Shown here: piece by piece, positions 30,711 through 42,124 of the stretch
Layout: each line of letters opens with the position of its first letter
How positions within the stretch are numbered: position 1 is the first letter of the stretch
Source: a virus
IMG/VR virus record: IMGVR_UViG_3300005326_000044
Span: 1-64,000 of that record
Length of the DNA: 64,000 nucleotides
Direction: 5' to 3' (one strand)
Notes under the pieces: generated by a model
Seen by the model: only the letters and a program-made list of their open reading frames with translations
Database searches by the model: none
What the model was told of the DNA's origin: nothing
Position numbers and translations under genes: made by a program

Positions 30711-33700
30711 ATGTCACTATTTTCTCAGTCCTCATTTGATACTGTAGCTGATATTCTGGGTTTAGGTCCTGGCAGTTACGCTCGTGGATTAACTGAAGCA
30801 GCGCAGCAACTTGCGAACACGTTAGATAATACTGTAAAAAATAGTTACGTGGAATCTGGTTGGGTTGACCCTCAAAAAAAGGAACCCAACATACGCAATA
30901 TAGTTACACAGACTCCAGAGCTTATCATTATTGTAAAGAAGAAAATGTTTTCAATGTTGAAAGACAATTATCCTATTGAACATATGGATAAAGATGAAAA
31001 ACATTTTTATGCTGCTGCGAAAAAGCTTTTTGAGAATAAGTGTAGAGAAATTGCAGCGTATGAAAAAATATCCAAAGTTGAAAAGATTGTTAGAGAAAAC
31101 AACGTACTGAATACTGGGATGGCGGCAGCTGTTATAGATGCTCTTGACTCTACCGAAGCTGTGTTTGCCGGGCAGGCAGATATTTTTGGTGACAAAGCTC
31201 TCAGCGCTGTTTCTTCTGTGTTCTATGGTAAATTCTTTTCGGTTATCAACAGAATTCGTGACTTGCTTTATTTGAACGGTTATTCAACTGTAACCAGTTG
31301 GACACAAAATACAAAAAATGTACAAACATTCATCGGTAGTGGCACAGGCGTTATTGAATTTGGAATTGTTACTTCTTTTAGCTGTACAAACTCTGTTAAA
31401 TTTGGGGGTGGAAGTGCTAGTTTTTCTCTTTTAGACCCATACCGGAATCTAGCTATTATGGAATCTGATATCGAACGAGCAATCTTCGAGGTGTCAGACA
31501 ATAAATTCAACCTCATGAATGGGTATGCTGATTCCTTGCAAAACGAAAACACTACATTGCTAAATGAACTAAATAGCATGAGGAGTCAAAGAGGAGCAAG
31601 TGCGGTATCCATCCAAGTCAACCCTTATGCCAGCAATTACAATAGAATTATTTTGTCACTTGATCGATATGGCATTGAACTAACAAGTCCTGGTGGAGAA
31701 GGCTTACGGGGCGATTTGTTTGATAGTGAAGTTGCGTCTGCAAAACAAATTTTTAACACACTAATCAATACGTATCGAGAGCCATACGTAGACGCAGCAG
31801 GACAAGAAAGAATTCAAGATGGAACCATTAACGGACGAGGGATAGCCGATGTAGAACTGTTTAGAAATGACGAGAAAAAACTGTTACAGCAGGTTTTTGA
31901 TAATGCTTCGTCAGTTGCATCTCTACGATCAAAGGATTATTCCGACTTTGTGGATTATGGTAGAAGAACAAATTATGTTCGACGCTTGATGCGCGAAAAC
32001 TTTCTTGGTAAACAAGTTATTCAACCGCTGGATATTGTGTCAGCTTTTATTTCTTCACAAACCATTGATGACAACGCAGTCCTGGCTGGATTGAAAACTC
32101 TTTCTGTCGATGAAAGTAGCAACCCTATTGATTCTTTCCTTAATAGCACGGTTGGACAGGTATTAATTCCTACCGCAAAAATTGATGCTTTTATTGCGGA
32201 TACAGCGTTTCAAGCTACTGGTATTCCAGCGCTTACCAATGCTGTCGGTGACCTTGTTGGAGGCTCGGATGAGTCTACTACCTTCGATGCTCCCGCAGAA
32301 GGAGCAATAACAGCTAGAGAGTTCTTGAACAAAGGTGTTTATGATCTTCGCTCAATTGCTTCTGGTGGGTCAGGCCCGCTAGGTCAATTAAACAAAAATA
32401 TTGGAGATCTTAAAGACCTTTGGGGAGATATGTTTGGGACCAAAAAGCCTAACTATGCTCTTGAAGCTGAAAAGAACATGTTGGCTGGCCCAGACTTTCC
32501 AATGTACCTGTATTTGTCTCTTAGAAAGTATTTTGGTTCAAGTGATTATGGCACCTGTGTTTTCAATGGGGTTGTTAGGCGTGTAACAGAAGATGGAACT
32601 CCTGGTTCTTACACTGTAAAGGTAGAATGCAAGGATAATTCATTTTACTTTGAGCAAGGGTTCTATCAGGAGAAGCCGTCTATCAAACAGTTCAATGGAC
32701 ATTTGTACGACCCATTAACCCCGTTTGATTTAGACTTTGACGAAGCCACAGGCAAAGTATCTGACTCGAATTTCCAGCTATTAGATGAAAATCTTGATTT
32801 ATTAAAGTCTAAAGTTGTCAAATATAAATTTGGGCGTTTTGTAAACAAAATTGTAACTGCTGACAACTATATGGATGCAGACTTTGATAACGTGAAAAAT
32901 AGCGTTAGCATTAGTAAACGCCAAGCTAATTATTTGCTTGATAATATTGCTGAGCGAGTTTCATCTATTCAAGATGTCACGAGAAAGATATTTCACAATG
33001 TAGATGGTCTTGTTTATAGATGGAAGCGAGGTATTGGAACCGCTTGGATTGATAATTCCGGCAAGAATATGGCTGGGGAAGGTCTTGCTGAGCAAAACCA
33101 GAACAATAGAGTCGCTAATGTAATCAGACAGGACCCATTTGCTGGACAAGATATTGTTAATGTAATTTCTTTGTTGATCACAGCGGAGCCTTACAATCTT
33201 TCTACTTTTATTGATGCTGGAATCAAAACAGGAATCCTTAATATAACAAAAAACGGAAATCCCAATGATTATATCAATGCGCTAACCAAAATGGTTAGAA
33301 AACAAAATAGCATTTGGGGTGAATTTATTCCGTTCAAGAGGTTTACATTAAGCACCAACATGTATAGCCAAATGTTGGCTTCACAATTCGCCATCAAATC
33401 TCAAAGCAAGCAGATTGGCAGTCTTCAAGCTCAAAAAGCCAAGTTAATGCAGCAGCTTGTTAAAACAGACACCAACTTTGCTACGCCAGAAAACCTAAAA
33501 GCGCTTTCAACAATAAAATATCCAGCTAGCACAACAATTGTCGTTCAAAACACAGAGTCAGTAGCTGTTGCTAAAGAAATTGTAAGGCTTGACGCGCAAA
33601 TAAAACGAGCCGAAAATGAACTTAGAATGGCTGCGTTATCCGATTCTTCAAGACTGTTTAGAATTGTTGGTGATCAAGAAGTCATGTTTGATTCCTATAA

Positions 33701-36317
33701 TGACATTGACCCACAGACGCATCAGCCACGTCCGGCGTTAGCTGAAGCTACCAGAAACCTTACAAAGAAACAAAACTACATTACGCAACGGAAATTATGG
33801 CAAGTTAAATCAAATACAGATAGAAACTTGTTTATTGTTTGTGATGAATATGACCAAGACGTTGATATTCAGGGCGCTGTTCAGAATTTGTCTGACTTTC
33901 AGATGATCAACACTAACTGGCAAAAAACTGGCGATAAAATAAACGCTTTAGCTAAGTTGGTAGGCTTTGAGATTTTTTGTAACTCACAGGGCCATATTGA
34001 ACTTCGCGTTCCTCAGTATAACCGAGTGCCAAGCAGCGTGTATTTTGAAATGATTCGAAAGAAACGCAACTATGGAATTCAATATTACCCCACGTTTCTT
34101 GAAAAAACATTTACAAATCGTATTATGAATATCTTCGATGAAATAGAAGAAGTCGAAGATTGGATTCGAGTTTATACAACTCTGCTTGGGTATTCTACCG
34201 ATGCTGATCGCCAACTCTTTTTGGCTGGCACTTTAGGCACCAGTTCTGGAAGTGAATTTGCATTTATCACCGATGAAAATTCTGGTTCGTTGGCATCATT
34301 GCGCTCAGCAGTAACTCAAATCTCTACAGACTACACAGACACCTACAATAACAAAGATAACCTATGGAGTTCATTGCTCCAGAGTCCTGTCACTTTGTCG
34401 GACGTAGGCGATTTCTATGAAAGAAATACTAGCAATTCATTTGTTTCTGGCCGTTTTAATTTCTTCCAGAAAAACAATCCTAAAGTTTTGGAAAATGTTT
34501 CCGTCGAAGGAACTGGCGACCAAGTTACGAATTTCAAAAAGGTTGCCCGAGACACATTCAATAACTATGATATTCTAAAACAACTCAGCAATTTAAGTGA
34601 TTTATATGACTCCAACAAAACAACACTGGATTTTGTTGGAACAGAAATGATGGAAAGCATTCTAGAAGACAAGATTCATCGACTTGAAGCGAAGACAGGC
34701 AAGAAAATCGACATTCATAAATTCGTATCCAATGCTTTCAGCAATTCAATGTCCGGCTCGGTCAAATTCTTGTCTCCTATTGATGTAATGAATCTTCAGG
34801 GCAAAATTAGCCAATGTGTTTCTACAAGATATCGCGCCATTCTTTCTGCTGCAAATATCATAAAAAACATCGATCAAACTGCACGAGCGGCATCCGACCC
34901 TAACACTTTGGGTGGCGTACTGTTTCCGAATTTGTTCAAGACGGATGATATCCCTGATTATATGTACCATATGATCGAGGATGAGGCCGAGGATGATTAT
35001 GGTTTCGGGTCAGGTAGAAGATTTGTTGTTCACCCCAAAGATGTTCTCAACGTTAGTTACGGAGAACAAGACCCAGAATTTACTTCTATATGCGTAAAAG
35101 GCGCCGAGCAAGGCGGTTTGGTAGGTGACCAAGGCTTTCAAATTGGTGCCGGAATGGAAGTCCGCAGTGTGTGGGCAACGTCTTATGATTTATGGAGAAT
35201 GTATGGAGCGAAGGATGGCGGTACAAGATATCTTCCATTCCTTAACAACGTAGAAACTCAAATTGCTCCCTACGCTATTATGTTGCTTAACCAACAAAGA
35301 GCAGGGCTTCTACACGCTTCCGTTACAAGAACCGGAAATGAATATGTCCAACCAGGAGAAGTATACTTCTTAAAAGACAGAGAACTTTTGTTCTATTGTG
35401 AAGATGTTCGCCATAACTTCACTTACGGTTCAAATTTCACAACAACGATGACTCTTACTTACGGGCACACTGTTGGAGAATACATTCCTACTCCTCTTGA
35501 TATTATCGGTAAGTCTATTTACCGTGGACATCATACAAACGTTGGAGATTATCGAATGTCTCACCCCGCAGGAGCAAGCGTTGCTTCAACGTCTGAAGTT
35601 TACCTTGGTACATTGAGATTTGACCCAAATGCTTTCACAGATGTCGCTAAAGGAAAAAAGATGTTGCTTGGCGGACAATATGGAGAAAAGAACAGAACAA
35701 CTCTTACAGATATTCTGTATAAAATACAGAATCTATTAGATAATTACAATTACCCTGTTGGGAAAAGCACTTACTCATGCATTTCCGTTCGTATTTTCCA
35801 AGATAAAAAGGGACCAAGCACTTGGAATAAAATTGCAGCTGAGGAAGCCATTACTCTTCTTAGAAATCCAGCAGCAGTGTTTGAGGAAGAAGAAAAGAAA
35901 GAAACAATAACTCTTCCTAGCGCTAAGTTTATTGGCGGAGATGAAACCGCTTTTACAGATAAGCTGGGCGAGCCTCGAATAGTAGCTTTATACGAGTTCA
36001 AAACGAAAGACAATCTATCCTTCAATACGGTCAGGTCTCCTTCTGTTACGGCAATCAGTTATGCAAAAGAGATGGCGCAAGATGTAAATATGTGGGAAAA
36101 AATAAAGCTAACATTTAGCCCTGACAACCCGGATGAAACGTCGGAAAAAATAAAGAGTGCTTTAGTTGACAATATTATCGATATCTGGGTTGAGTTTGTT
36201 GACTTGAACGATAGTTTGCGCCAAACCCTAGGTAATAGTGATTTGGGTTCATCATCAAAAGCTACAGAATCAAAGCCTACACAGTCCCTCGTTACAGCTA
36301 AAGTTAAAATAGGTTAG
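30711..36317 (+). CDS. Baseplate hub protein (T4 gp27/P2 gpD-like fold) with very large insertions
   Basis: Motifs VFNGVV..V......YTVKVECKD, GFEIFCNSQGHIELRVPQY and GNEYVQPGE...FYCEDVRHNF...FTTTMTLTYG; canonical position. Confidence 0.65.
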   Translation: MSLFSQSSFDTVADILGLGPGSYARGLTEAAQQLANTLDNTVKNSYVESGWVDPQKKEPNIRNIVTQTPELIIIVKKKMFSMLKDNYPIEHMDKDEKHFYAAAKKLFENKCREIAAYEKISKVEKIVRENNVLNTGMAAAVIDALDSTEAVFAGQADIFGDKALSAVSSVFYGKFFSVINRIRDLLYLNGYSTVTSWTQNTKNVQTFIGSGTGVIEFGIVTSFSCTNSVKFGGGSASFSLLDPYRNLAIMESDIERAIFEVSDNKFNLMNGYADSLQNENTTLLNELNSMRSQRGASAVSIQVNPYASNYNRIILSLDRYGIELTSPGGEGLRGDLFDSEVASAKQIFNTLINTYREPYVDAAGQERIQDGTINGRGIADVELFRNDEKKLLQQVFDNASSVASLRSKDYSDFVDYGRRTNYVRRLMRENFLGKQVIQPLDIVSAFISSQTIDDNAVLAGLKTLSVDESSNPIDSFLNSTVGQVLIPTAKIDAFIADTAFQATGIPALTNAVGDLVGGSDESTTFDAPAEGAITAREFLNKGVYDLRSIASGGSGPLGQLNKNIGDLKDLWGDMFGTKKPNYALEAEKNMLAGPDFPMYLYLSLRKYFGSSDYGTCVFNGVVRRVTEDGTPGSYTVKVECKDNSFYFEQGFYQEKPSIKQFNGHLYDPLTPFDLDFDEATGKVSDSNFQLLDENLDLLKSKVVKYKFGRFVNKIVTADNYMDADFDNVKNSVSISKRQANYLLDNIAERVSSIQDVTRKIFHNVDGLVYRWKRGIGTAWIDNSGKNMAGEGLAEQNQNNRVANVIRQDPFAGQDIVNVISLLITAEPYNLSTFIDAGIKTGILNITKNGNPNDYINALTKMVRKQNSIWGEFIPFKRFTLSTNMYSQMLASQFAIKSQSKQIGSLQAQKAKLMQQLVKTDTNFATPENLKALSTIKYPASTTIVVQNTESVAVAKEIVRLDAQIKRAENELRMAALSDSSRLFRIVGDQEVMFDSYNDIDPQTHQPRPALAEATRNLTKKQNYITQRKLWQVKSNTDRNLFIVCDEYDQDVDIQGAVQNLSDFQMINTNWQKTGDKINALAKLVGFEIFCNSQGHIELRVPQYNRVPSSVYFEMIRKKRNYGIQYYPTFLEKTFTNRIMNIFDEIEEVEDWIRVYTTLLGYSTDADRQLFLAGTLGTSSGSEFAFITDENSGSLASLRSAVTQISTDYTDTYNNKDNLWSSLLQSPVTLSDVGDFYERNTSNSFVSGRFNFFQKNNPKVLENVSVEGTGDQVTNFKKVARDTFNNYDILKQLSNLSDLYDSNKTTLDFVGTEMMESILEDKIHRLEAKTGKKIDIHKFVSNAFSNSMSGSVKFLSPIDVMNLQGKISQCVSTRYRAILSAANIIKNIDQTARAASDPNTLGGVLFPNLFKTDDIPDYMYHMIEDEAEDDYGFGSGRRFVVHPKDVLNVSYGEQDPEFTSICVKGAEQGGLVGDQGFQIGAGMEVRSVWATSYDLWRMYGAKDGGTRYLPFLNNVETQIAPYAIMLLNQQRAGLLHASVTRTGNEYVQPGEVYFLKDRELLFYCEDVRHNFTYGSNFTTTMTLTYGHTVGEYIPTPLDIIGKSIYRGHHTNVGDYRMSHPAGASVASTSEVYLGTLRFDPNAFTDVAKGKKMLLGGQYGEKNRTTLTDILYKIQNLLDNYNYPVGKSTYSCISVRIFQDKKGPSTWNKIAAEEAITLLRNPAAVFEEEEKKETITLPSAKFIGGDETAFTDKLGEPRIVALYEFKTKDNLSFNTVRSPSVTAISYAKEMAQDVNMWEKIKLTFSPDNPDETSEKIKSALVDNIIDIWVEFVDLNDSLRQTLGNSDLGSSSKATESKPTQSLVTAKVKIG

Positions 36318-36351
36318 AATTTAGTTTTTAGTTAGATATATAGAGAAAAAA

Positions 36352-38604
36352 ATGACAAAGGATTTTTTAGATACCCTTCGAAAAATTCAAACCGAATTTT
36401 CACTTTCAAGCGCCTCTCAGGAAAGCGTTCCAACGACTAATCCAGATGATTATGACGCTAAGATTGCTTGCATAACAAGCATAGACGAAAGTAAAAATAG
36501 AATTCAAGTAAGGCTTATCGCTGGTGATTATTTTACCGATGAGTTTCCTGTAATCTATCCAGGTTTCATGGGAACGCCAGATGGCGCTGGGTTTTGGCAC
36601 GGTTTGTCCGTCAATGATGTTGTCACTGTAACTTTGGCTCAAGGAAAACGTTGGATTATTACAAACAAATTAAACAACGTAGCTTCTAATCAAATAAATG
36701 GAACAAGAGTTTTTCCTCAGGACGAAGACATAGGGGTACCAGTCAAAGAAGGTTCTTACGGGTTTAGAGCTAAACTACAGTCGCCAAAACAAACTATTGG
36801 TGGCAGGTTTATGTCTGTGATGGCTGTTCCTGGTGATGGGATTCATATAGGTGCGCCTCCATTTTCATCTTTGTTTTTTGATTATTTTCCAGACACAAAC
36901 GGAACAGACAAATCTTCGTCGGTTGTTTCCCTGCAAGGTGGTCAATTATATAGTTTTTCAGAAAGCGGTTATTCAGTTGCTGGTATTGCTTTGCGCCCAA
37001 GTCAAAAACCAAGCAACGAGATGTTAGATCCTCATGATGAAGAGCGCTGGTATCGTGGTTTGAGCGCAATATGTTTAGACCCATCTCGAATAAAATCAAA
37101 TGTTACCGACAAGGAAGCTATCAGAAACCCACCGTTCAATGAAGAGCGTGAGGTTACTTATGAATTTGCAGAAAGCTCAGGCGTAGACGCTGATTCTATT
37201 GAAAAAAGAAAGCAAATGCTTCATGCTTTTGAAGACACAAACGCGATAACAATTTCGCGTTCATCTTCAAGTCGCAGAAACCGAAAATATGATACTTTGA
37301 GTCTTAGCTTGGTTTCTCCCAATCAATTGATGGAAAGAGCCAAAGGTACTCTTATAGATATTTATGGTAATGTCCTTGATTTGAATCGTCAAGCAATTCC
37401 AGTAGGCAGCGAACAATTAGCTGGGCTTGATGGAACAGAAAAATCATTTGATATTGTGCGAGCATTGCATAGAAAAGGTGTTGCCCATCACTTTGAATTA
37501 AATGCTCGAAAAGATCCAAAGGAAGATGTATCAGAGTCTGGGATTGGGAAAGAATACGGAGCGACTTCGGGAAGTTATAAGCGAGAAAGAAGCCGCTTAT
37601 TCTTTGATATCGACAAAGAAGGCCAATTTAAGATTAATATACCCGCTTCTAGCGAAGTAGGAAACGTAGGTCTTTTAGTTAGGTATGAAAACGCTTCTAC
37701 AATAAATGCGGTCAAAGATAATTACGGTACAAATTATGATACGTTTGTCCAACCAGAAAAAGGTAAGTCAGATATTCTTGTTGATGAATTTGGTGTAGGT
37801 TGTGTTGCTTTAAAGGGCAACGAAAAATTAGTTCCTACGGACAGAATAACATCTAAGCCTGTCAAACTAGGAACAGCCTTCCATGACATATCAAAAACTT
37901 GTTGTGAGCCAATATATCCGACTGGGAATGCTGCTGGCAGCCCTGGCAAGCTACTAGAAGGAAAAGGTCCCGCTATCTTTGCTGGGCCTGACGCCACAGA
38001 CAAGAAAACATCTGTTGTTACCACAGAAATCAATATTGATGGGGAAGAAGCAAACGCCGGAGGGCGGTCTGGAACTCTTGTTTTTGACGGAATGTTAAAT
38101 TGTAGTGTTGGCGCCAACTCTGTTGATAGGCAATCTTTATGGTTGGACTTACAAGGCGGAATGATTTCGCGTATTGGAAGAGATAAAAACAACATCTCTG
38201 TATGCAGTCAATTAGACGGAAGCATGTTTGTTCAACTTGGCTCCAGTGGGACACCGCTAGATAAACGTTTCACTACCAAAAAAGGGTTTACAAGCGACGC
38301 AAATATCAACGTTATTTTTGAAATTAGAGTTATAACTGAAAACAATCGTTTTCACCGGTTTAGAATGGATAACTCTGGAATTCTGTTTCAAACCCCAGGG
38401 TCTTTTAGAGTTCTGGCTGCTGGAGAAGTGGAACTGCACGGCTCTAATATTCAGAACAACGCAGAACATATCGTTGACTATGGTTCATATTTTGATCCAA
38501 ATAAATGGATGGTTTCTCGTGATGACACAGGAGATGGTAGACCAATGACCACTCAAAATGAATTCGTTCCAGACGGAGATACAGGGCCAAGCACAATAGT
38601 ATAG
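36352..38604 (+). CDS. Central baseplate spike protein (gp5/gpV-like)
   Basis: N-terminal OB-fold-like ITSID...IQVRL...GFWHGL..NDVVTV and C-terminal beta-repeat FRMDNSGILFQTPGSFRVLAAGEVELHGSNI; follows the hub. Confidence 0.55.
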   Translation: MTKDFLDTLRKIQTEFSLSSASQESVPTTNPDDYDAKIACITSIDESKNRIQVRLIAGDYFTDEFPVIYPGFMGTPDGAGFWHGLSVNDVVTVTLAQGKRWIITNKLNNVASNQINGTRVFPQDEDIGVPVKEGSYGFRAKLQSPKQTIGGRFMSVMAVPGDGIHIGAPPFSSLFFDYFPDTNGTDKSSSVVSLQGGQLYSFSESGYSVAGIALRPSQKPSNEMLDPHDEERWYRGLSAICLDPSRIKSNVTDKEAIRNPPFNEEREVTYEFAESSGVDADSIEKRKQMLHAFEDTNAITISRSSSSRRNRKYDTLSLSLVSPNQLMERAKGTLIDIYGNVLDLNRQAIPVGSEQLAGLDGTEKSFDIVRALHRKGVAHHFELNARKDPKEDVSESGIGKEYGATSGSYKRERSRLFFDIDKEGQFKINIPASSEVGNVGLLVRYENASTINAVKDNYGTNYDTFVQPEKGKSDILVDEFGVGCVALKGNEKLVPTDRITSKPVKLGTAFHDISKTCCEPIYPTGNAAGSPGKLLEGKGPAIFAGPDATDKKTSVVTTEINIDGEEANAGGRSGTLVFDGMLNCSVGANSVDRQSLWLDLQGGMISRIGRDKNNISVCSQLDGSMFVQLGSSGTPLDKRFTTKKGFTSDANINVIFEIRVITENNRFHRFRMDNSGILFQTPGSFRVLAAGEVELHGSNIQNNAEHIVDYGSYFDPNKWMVSRDDTGDGRPMTTQNEFVPDGDTGPSTIV

Positions 38605-38616
38605 TTTAGGAGAAGA

Positions 38617-40587
38617 ATGCCTCGATCAGGTAAATGCAAAACAGATTCAATCAATTTTGATATTAATGGCCCGATGCTGCCATATCCGTCTCTTCCTGGA
38701 TTCGGGCAGAATATCGGTTTGCCAGATCTTGGTTTGGCTCTTCCAGAAGGCTTTCCAGAAAACATCTTTGATCTTCTAAATAAACTAAAAATTAAATGGC
38801 CTGGAGGAATTGATCTACAAGGGTACTTGGATAGTTTTATGAAAAAGCTATCCCACTTGCTTGCCAACTTGTTGACACAAATGTCTGTATTTTTGGCTAT
38901 TTACAATTTGATTTTAGCAATCATTCAAATGATCGTTTGTATCATTGAAGTATTGTGCGGTGCGATTCGAAAGATACCTAAAAAATTAAAGAAGCTTTTT
39001 AGAACATGTATTCCTATTTTTATTTCTATTTTCCCGTTCCTCGCTCTTATAGCATTGATTCTTGCTATCATCGCAATGCTGATGGCTCTTATCAATTACA
39101 TTATTGCAATGCTAAAGAAGATTTGGGAAGAACTCAAGCGCAATTTTGAAAATCTGAAACATTTAGTTTTAACTGACGGTAATCGCGCAGGCAATATTGC
39201 TGTTGTTCGTAAAATTTCGTCGATTTTGTGCATCTTAGAAAACGTTTTGATTATGTTTTTATTGGTGAAGGTTGTTATTGACACAATCAAAGCTCTCTTG
39301 AAACGCAAAATCAACAAACCTTGTTCCGGCACAAGTGATTGTAGCTGCTGTACAAGTTGTTCAGATTTGTTGCAGCATCCGGACCAAGTAGCTAACAAGA
39401 ACCTCACAATTACTTATTCGGGTTCAGCGCCTCTAGTTGAAAACCTGGATGCCACCGAGGTCGTCACAGCTATATCTACAGATATGGTTTCGCCTTATCG
39501 TTTTACAGAAATTCTCAGTACAACATTCAATGGCTGTAATGTCGGTCCATTTTTCCCGCCTCAGCCAATTGATTCTTATACTGCTGACCGTGCCCCATAC
39601 GTTTTGAACATCAAGATGCCGTATACTTCTTCTCTTGGCACAAGGGAAATTGTGGTGAATGATGTTGTAGTAGCTTGGGTCGAAGCTGACCCTGTTGGAA
39701 GCGGAAAGGTTCGTTTGGTGGGAGGTAAAGCCGAAGACCCAAGCAAAGAAATTACTGGGTATACTTTGCTTCAATGTTTACGCGGCAAAGATATGCCTAA
39801 GATGGCTCCTGGTATTCCAGTCAATTCTATAACAGTATCTGGAACAATTGGTGAACTCAAGGTTAATCTAGAAGAACTATTTGTCTTGAACCTAACATCT
39901 GCTGATTGTATGCCTGAGGTTGCCGCAGAGAGAGACGCTTTCTTCGCCACTATTGATGATAGTATGTTGGATGACCTTGTTTTCCCTGATATAGGCGAGG
40001 CAATGGACAATATGACCAACGCCATTAATGGTTTGAGGGCAAATTTTAATGACGCAAACATTGATAATTTCTACAACAACATGAATGGTATCTTGGGGGA
40101 CCTTCTCGACCAAGCTGAAAATACCTATACTGATACTTTGAATTTTATGGTGAGCCCACTACATTCTACAGCTTCATTAAGTCCTGAGATTCAATTTACC
40201 GGCAAAGAAATTGATGTCATTGTAGTTCTTCGAAATGCTGTGCTTCAGACTATCAAGGATGTTGTAGGAGATTATGCAATTCCAACAAAAACACAAGACG
40301 CTCTTAGAGAAAAAATTACAGCTGAGGCTTCCTTAGGTGTTGTTTCAGATTTCACTTATGACAATGACGGCAATTTTGTCGCCAAGATTGCTAGCACTAC
40401 TGAAGGTGATGGAATTTTGAAAGTGTTTTGGGACAAACAACAACTTGGGCAGATTATACGCCCTGTCAATTTGGATGAACCAACGACAATCGTTGAAATA
40501 GAACTGCCTTATTCCTTTGTTGGCTTTACGGCTGATGAAGTTACCAAGCCTCGCAGAGATGAAAGCGACACAGCAAACAACAGGTAA
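38617..40587 (+). CDS. Hypothetical baseplate-region protein with long hydrophobic helices, Cys cluster and C-terminal Ig/invasin-like domain
   Basis: Hydrophobic stretches VFLAIYNLILAIIQMIVCIIEVLCG and IFISIFPFLALIALILAIIAMLMALINYIIAML; Cys cluster CSGTSDCSCCTSC; Ig-like STASLSP...IVVLRN...YDNDGNFVAKIAS..EG.G.LKV. Confidence 0.5.
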   Translation: MPRSGKCKTDSINFDINGPMLPYPSLPGFGQNIGLPDLGLALPEGFPENIFDLLNKLKIKWPGGIDLQGYLDSFMKKLSHLLANLLTQMSVFLAIYNLILAIIQMIVCIIEVLCGAIRKIPKKLKKLFRTCIPIFISIFPFLALIALILAIIAMLMALINYIIAMLKKIWEELKRNFENLKHLVLTDGNRAGNIAVVRKISSILCILENVLIMFLLVKVVIDTIKALLKRKINKPCSGTSDCSCCTSCSDLLQHPDQVANKNLTITYSGSAPLVENLDATEVVTAISTDMVSPYRFTEILSTTFNGCNVGPFFPPQPIDSYTADRAPYVLNIKMPYTSSLGTREIVVNDVVVAWVEADPVGSGKVRLVGGKAEDPSKEITGYTLLQCLRGKDMPKMAPGIPVNSITVSGTIGELKVNLEELFVLNLTSADCMPEVAAERDAFFATIDDSMLDDLVFPDIGEAMDNMTNAINGLRANFNDANIDNFYNNMNGILGDLLDQAENTYTDTLNFMVSPLHSTASLSPEIQFTGKEIDVIVVLRNAVLQTIKDVVGDYAIPTKTQDALREKITAEASLGVVSDFTYDNDGNFVAKIASTTEGDGILKVFWDKQQLGQIIRPVNLDEPTTIVEIELPYSFVGFTADEVTKPRRDESDTANNR

Positions 40588-40590
40588 ATT

Positions 40591-42117
40591 ATGGGATCTA
40601 ACGAAGTCATTAAAACAATTGTGGAAACATATAAACAGTTTCCATTAGACAAAGGGTCTCTCCAATCTTTTATATCCTCAATTTTTGCTAAAATTGACGC
40701 GCATAGATTGCGTGTAGTCAAAGACGAAAACAATAAGGTTTCTACGGAGGATATGATTTCTTCCGGGCGCACTCTTGATGAAACCTTTGATGAATCTTAT
40801 TGCCATGCTTTCTACCGCATGTTGGGCCTCCCTGTGATTTCTAAGAATATGAAATTCTACAATCCAGGGTCTTATGGAAAAGCAATGACGCACACAGAGA
40901 ATCAGCTGTTCCATAGCAACATCAATAAAAATCAAGACGTTGGGCTGGCTGCGTTAGAAGATTTGCGAGAGTCTAGTTGTAACTATAACCTGTTTTTATT
41001 TAGCAGCGAAGGAACTTTAGCAAGAGAATATAAGATATCTATGCTAAAATACCCGAAGCCGATTTGTATGCTGGGTGATATTGACTCTCCTTTCAAGCCA
41101 GATAATGAACAACAGTTAAAAATTACTGAGCGAGGAAGTGATAGTCTTTATGTGAAACATTTTTTACGCCCATTCAAATGTAACGCTAAAATTGCGCCAG
41201 CTTCAAAATCTAGAACCGCAGCTAAGCTTGCGGCTCCTTTCTATGAAAGCAAGATGGATGAAAGTGTGGAGAAATTAGAAAAGCAATATATTGAAACTGT
41301 TTGCAAATTGCGTTTTACTGAGCCGTCATCGGATATCAAAGGCCAGATTGAAACGATGATTGCGGGAATGCAAACGGTAGAAATTGACGGGAAGAACCCG
41401 TTCAAGAAGCTTTTGTCCAATCAATCAGCTTTAGAGATTTTTGTATCTAACGTTTTGTTTGCAAATTTTGTAAACGCCTGCTTGATATATTCTGATAAAA
41501 TTGCAGAGTTCCGAAGTCTTGGAGATAAAATTGATGCAGCACAAGAAAAACAAAGCAAGATTACAGCTAAGATTGAGCAGCTAGAGCGTGACTACAACTT
41601 CTATTCTGGGATGGTCGTGTTCATGCCTCCGGATTTCAAACACAAATTCAGAGGACAAGAGTATGCTTCTCAGAACCCACATTCAGGAGTTCTTGCCTCA
41701 GAACTTGTTTCTTTAATTGATTCGCCCGCAAGTTATTGTCTTAAGAATTTAGAAAGCGCAAAGAGCACAGAAAAAAGTATTAAAGCAGAAGCAAACGAAG
41801 TATCCAATGATATGTTTTATTACACAGGAGAAGTAACTGGAATTGGCATTATTGATATCTTAGCTTTAATGTTGGCCTTTTGGTTAATCTCCAGAGACGC
41901 TCTAGTTTCTATGCTTGATGAAGCATCATTTAGTAGACTCTGGAACGATGCAAATAATGAGCATTTGAGATGCGAGGCGGTCAAGACCCGCCATGACAAA
42001 CAAGCCCCACCGCTAGACATTGAGAAAGCCCTCACGGAATACGATCAGCAGGTCTTCAATCTATTAAGTCTAGCTGATTCAATAATTAAGCATAACAGCA
42101 AGGACAAATCCAAATAA
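40591..42117 (+). CDS. Hypothetical protein (baseplate region; coiled coil plus a hydrophobic segment)
   Basis: 508-aa ORF tightly packed in the operon; contains GIGIIDILALMLAFWLI. Confidence 0.6.
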   Translation: MGSNEVIKTIVETYKQFPLDKGSLQSFISSIFAKIDAHRLRVVKDENNKVSTEDMISSGRTLDETFDESYCHAFYRMLGLPVISKNMKFYNPGSYGKAMTHTENQLFHSNINKNQDVGLAALEDLRESSCNYNLFLFSSEGTLAREYKISMLKYPKPICMLGDIDSPFKPDNEQQLKITERGSDSLYVKHFLRPFKCNAKIAPASKSRTAAKLAAPFYESKMDESVEKLEKQYIETVCKLRFTEPSSDIKGQIETMIAGMQTVEIDGKNPFKKLLSNQSALEIFVSNVLFANFVNACLIYSDKIAEFRSLGDKIDAAQEKQSKITAKIEQLERDYNFYSGMVVFMPPDFKHKFRGQEYASQNPHSGVLASELVSLIDSPASYCLKNLESAKSTEKSIKAEANEVSNDMFYYTGEVTGIGIIDILALMLAFWLISRDALVSMLDEASFSRLWNDANNEHLRCEAVKTRHDKQAPPLDIEKALTEYDQQVFNLLSLADSIIKHNSKDKSK

Positions 42118-42124
42118 AAGGCGC

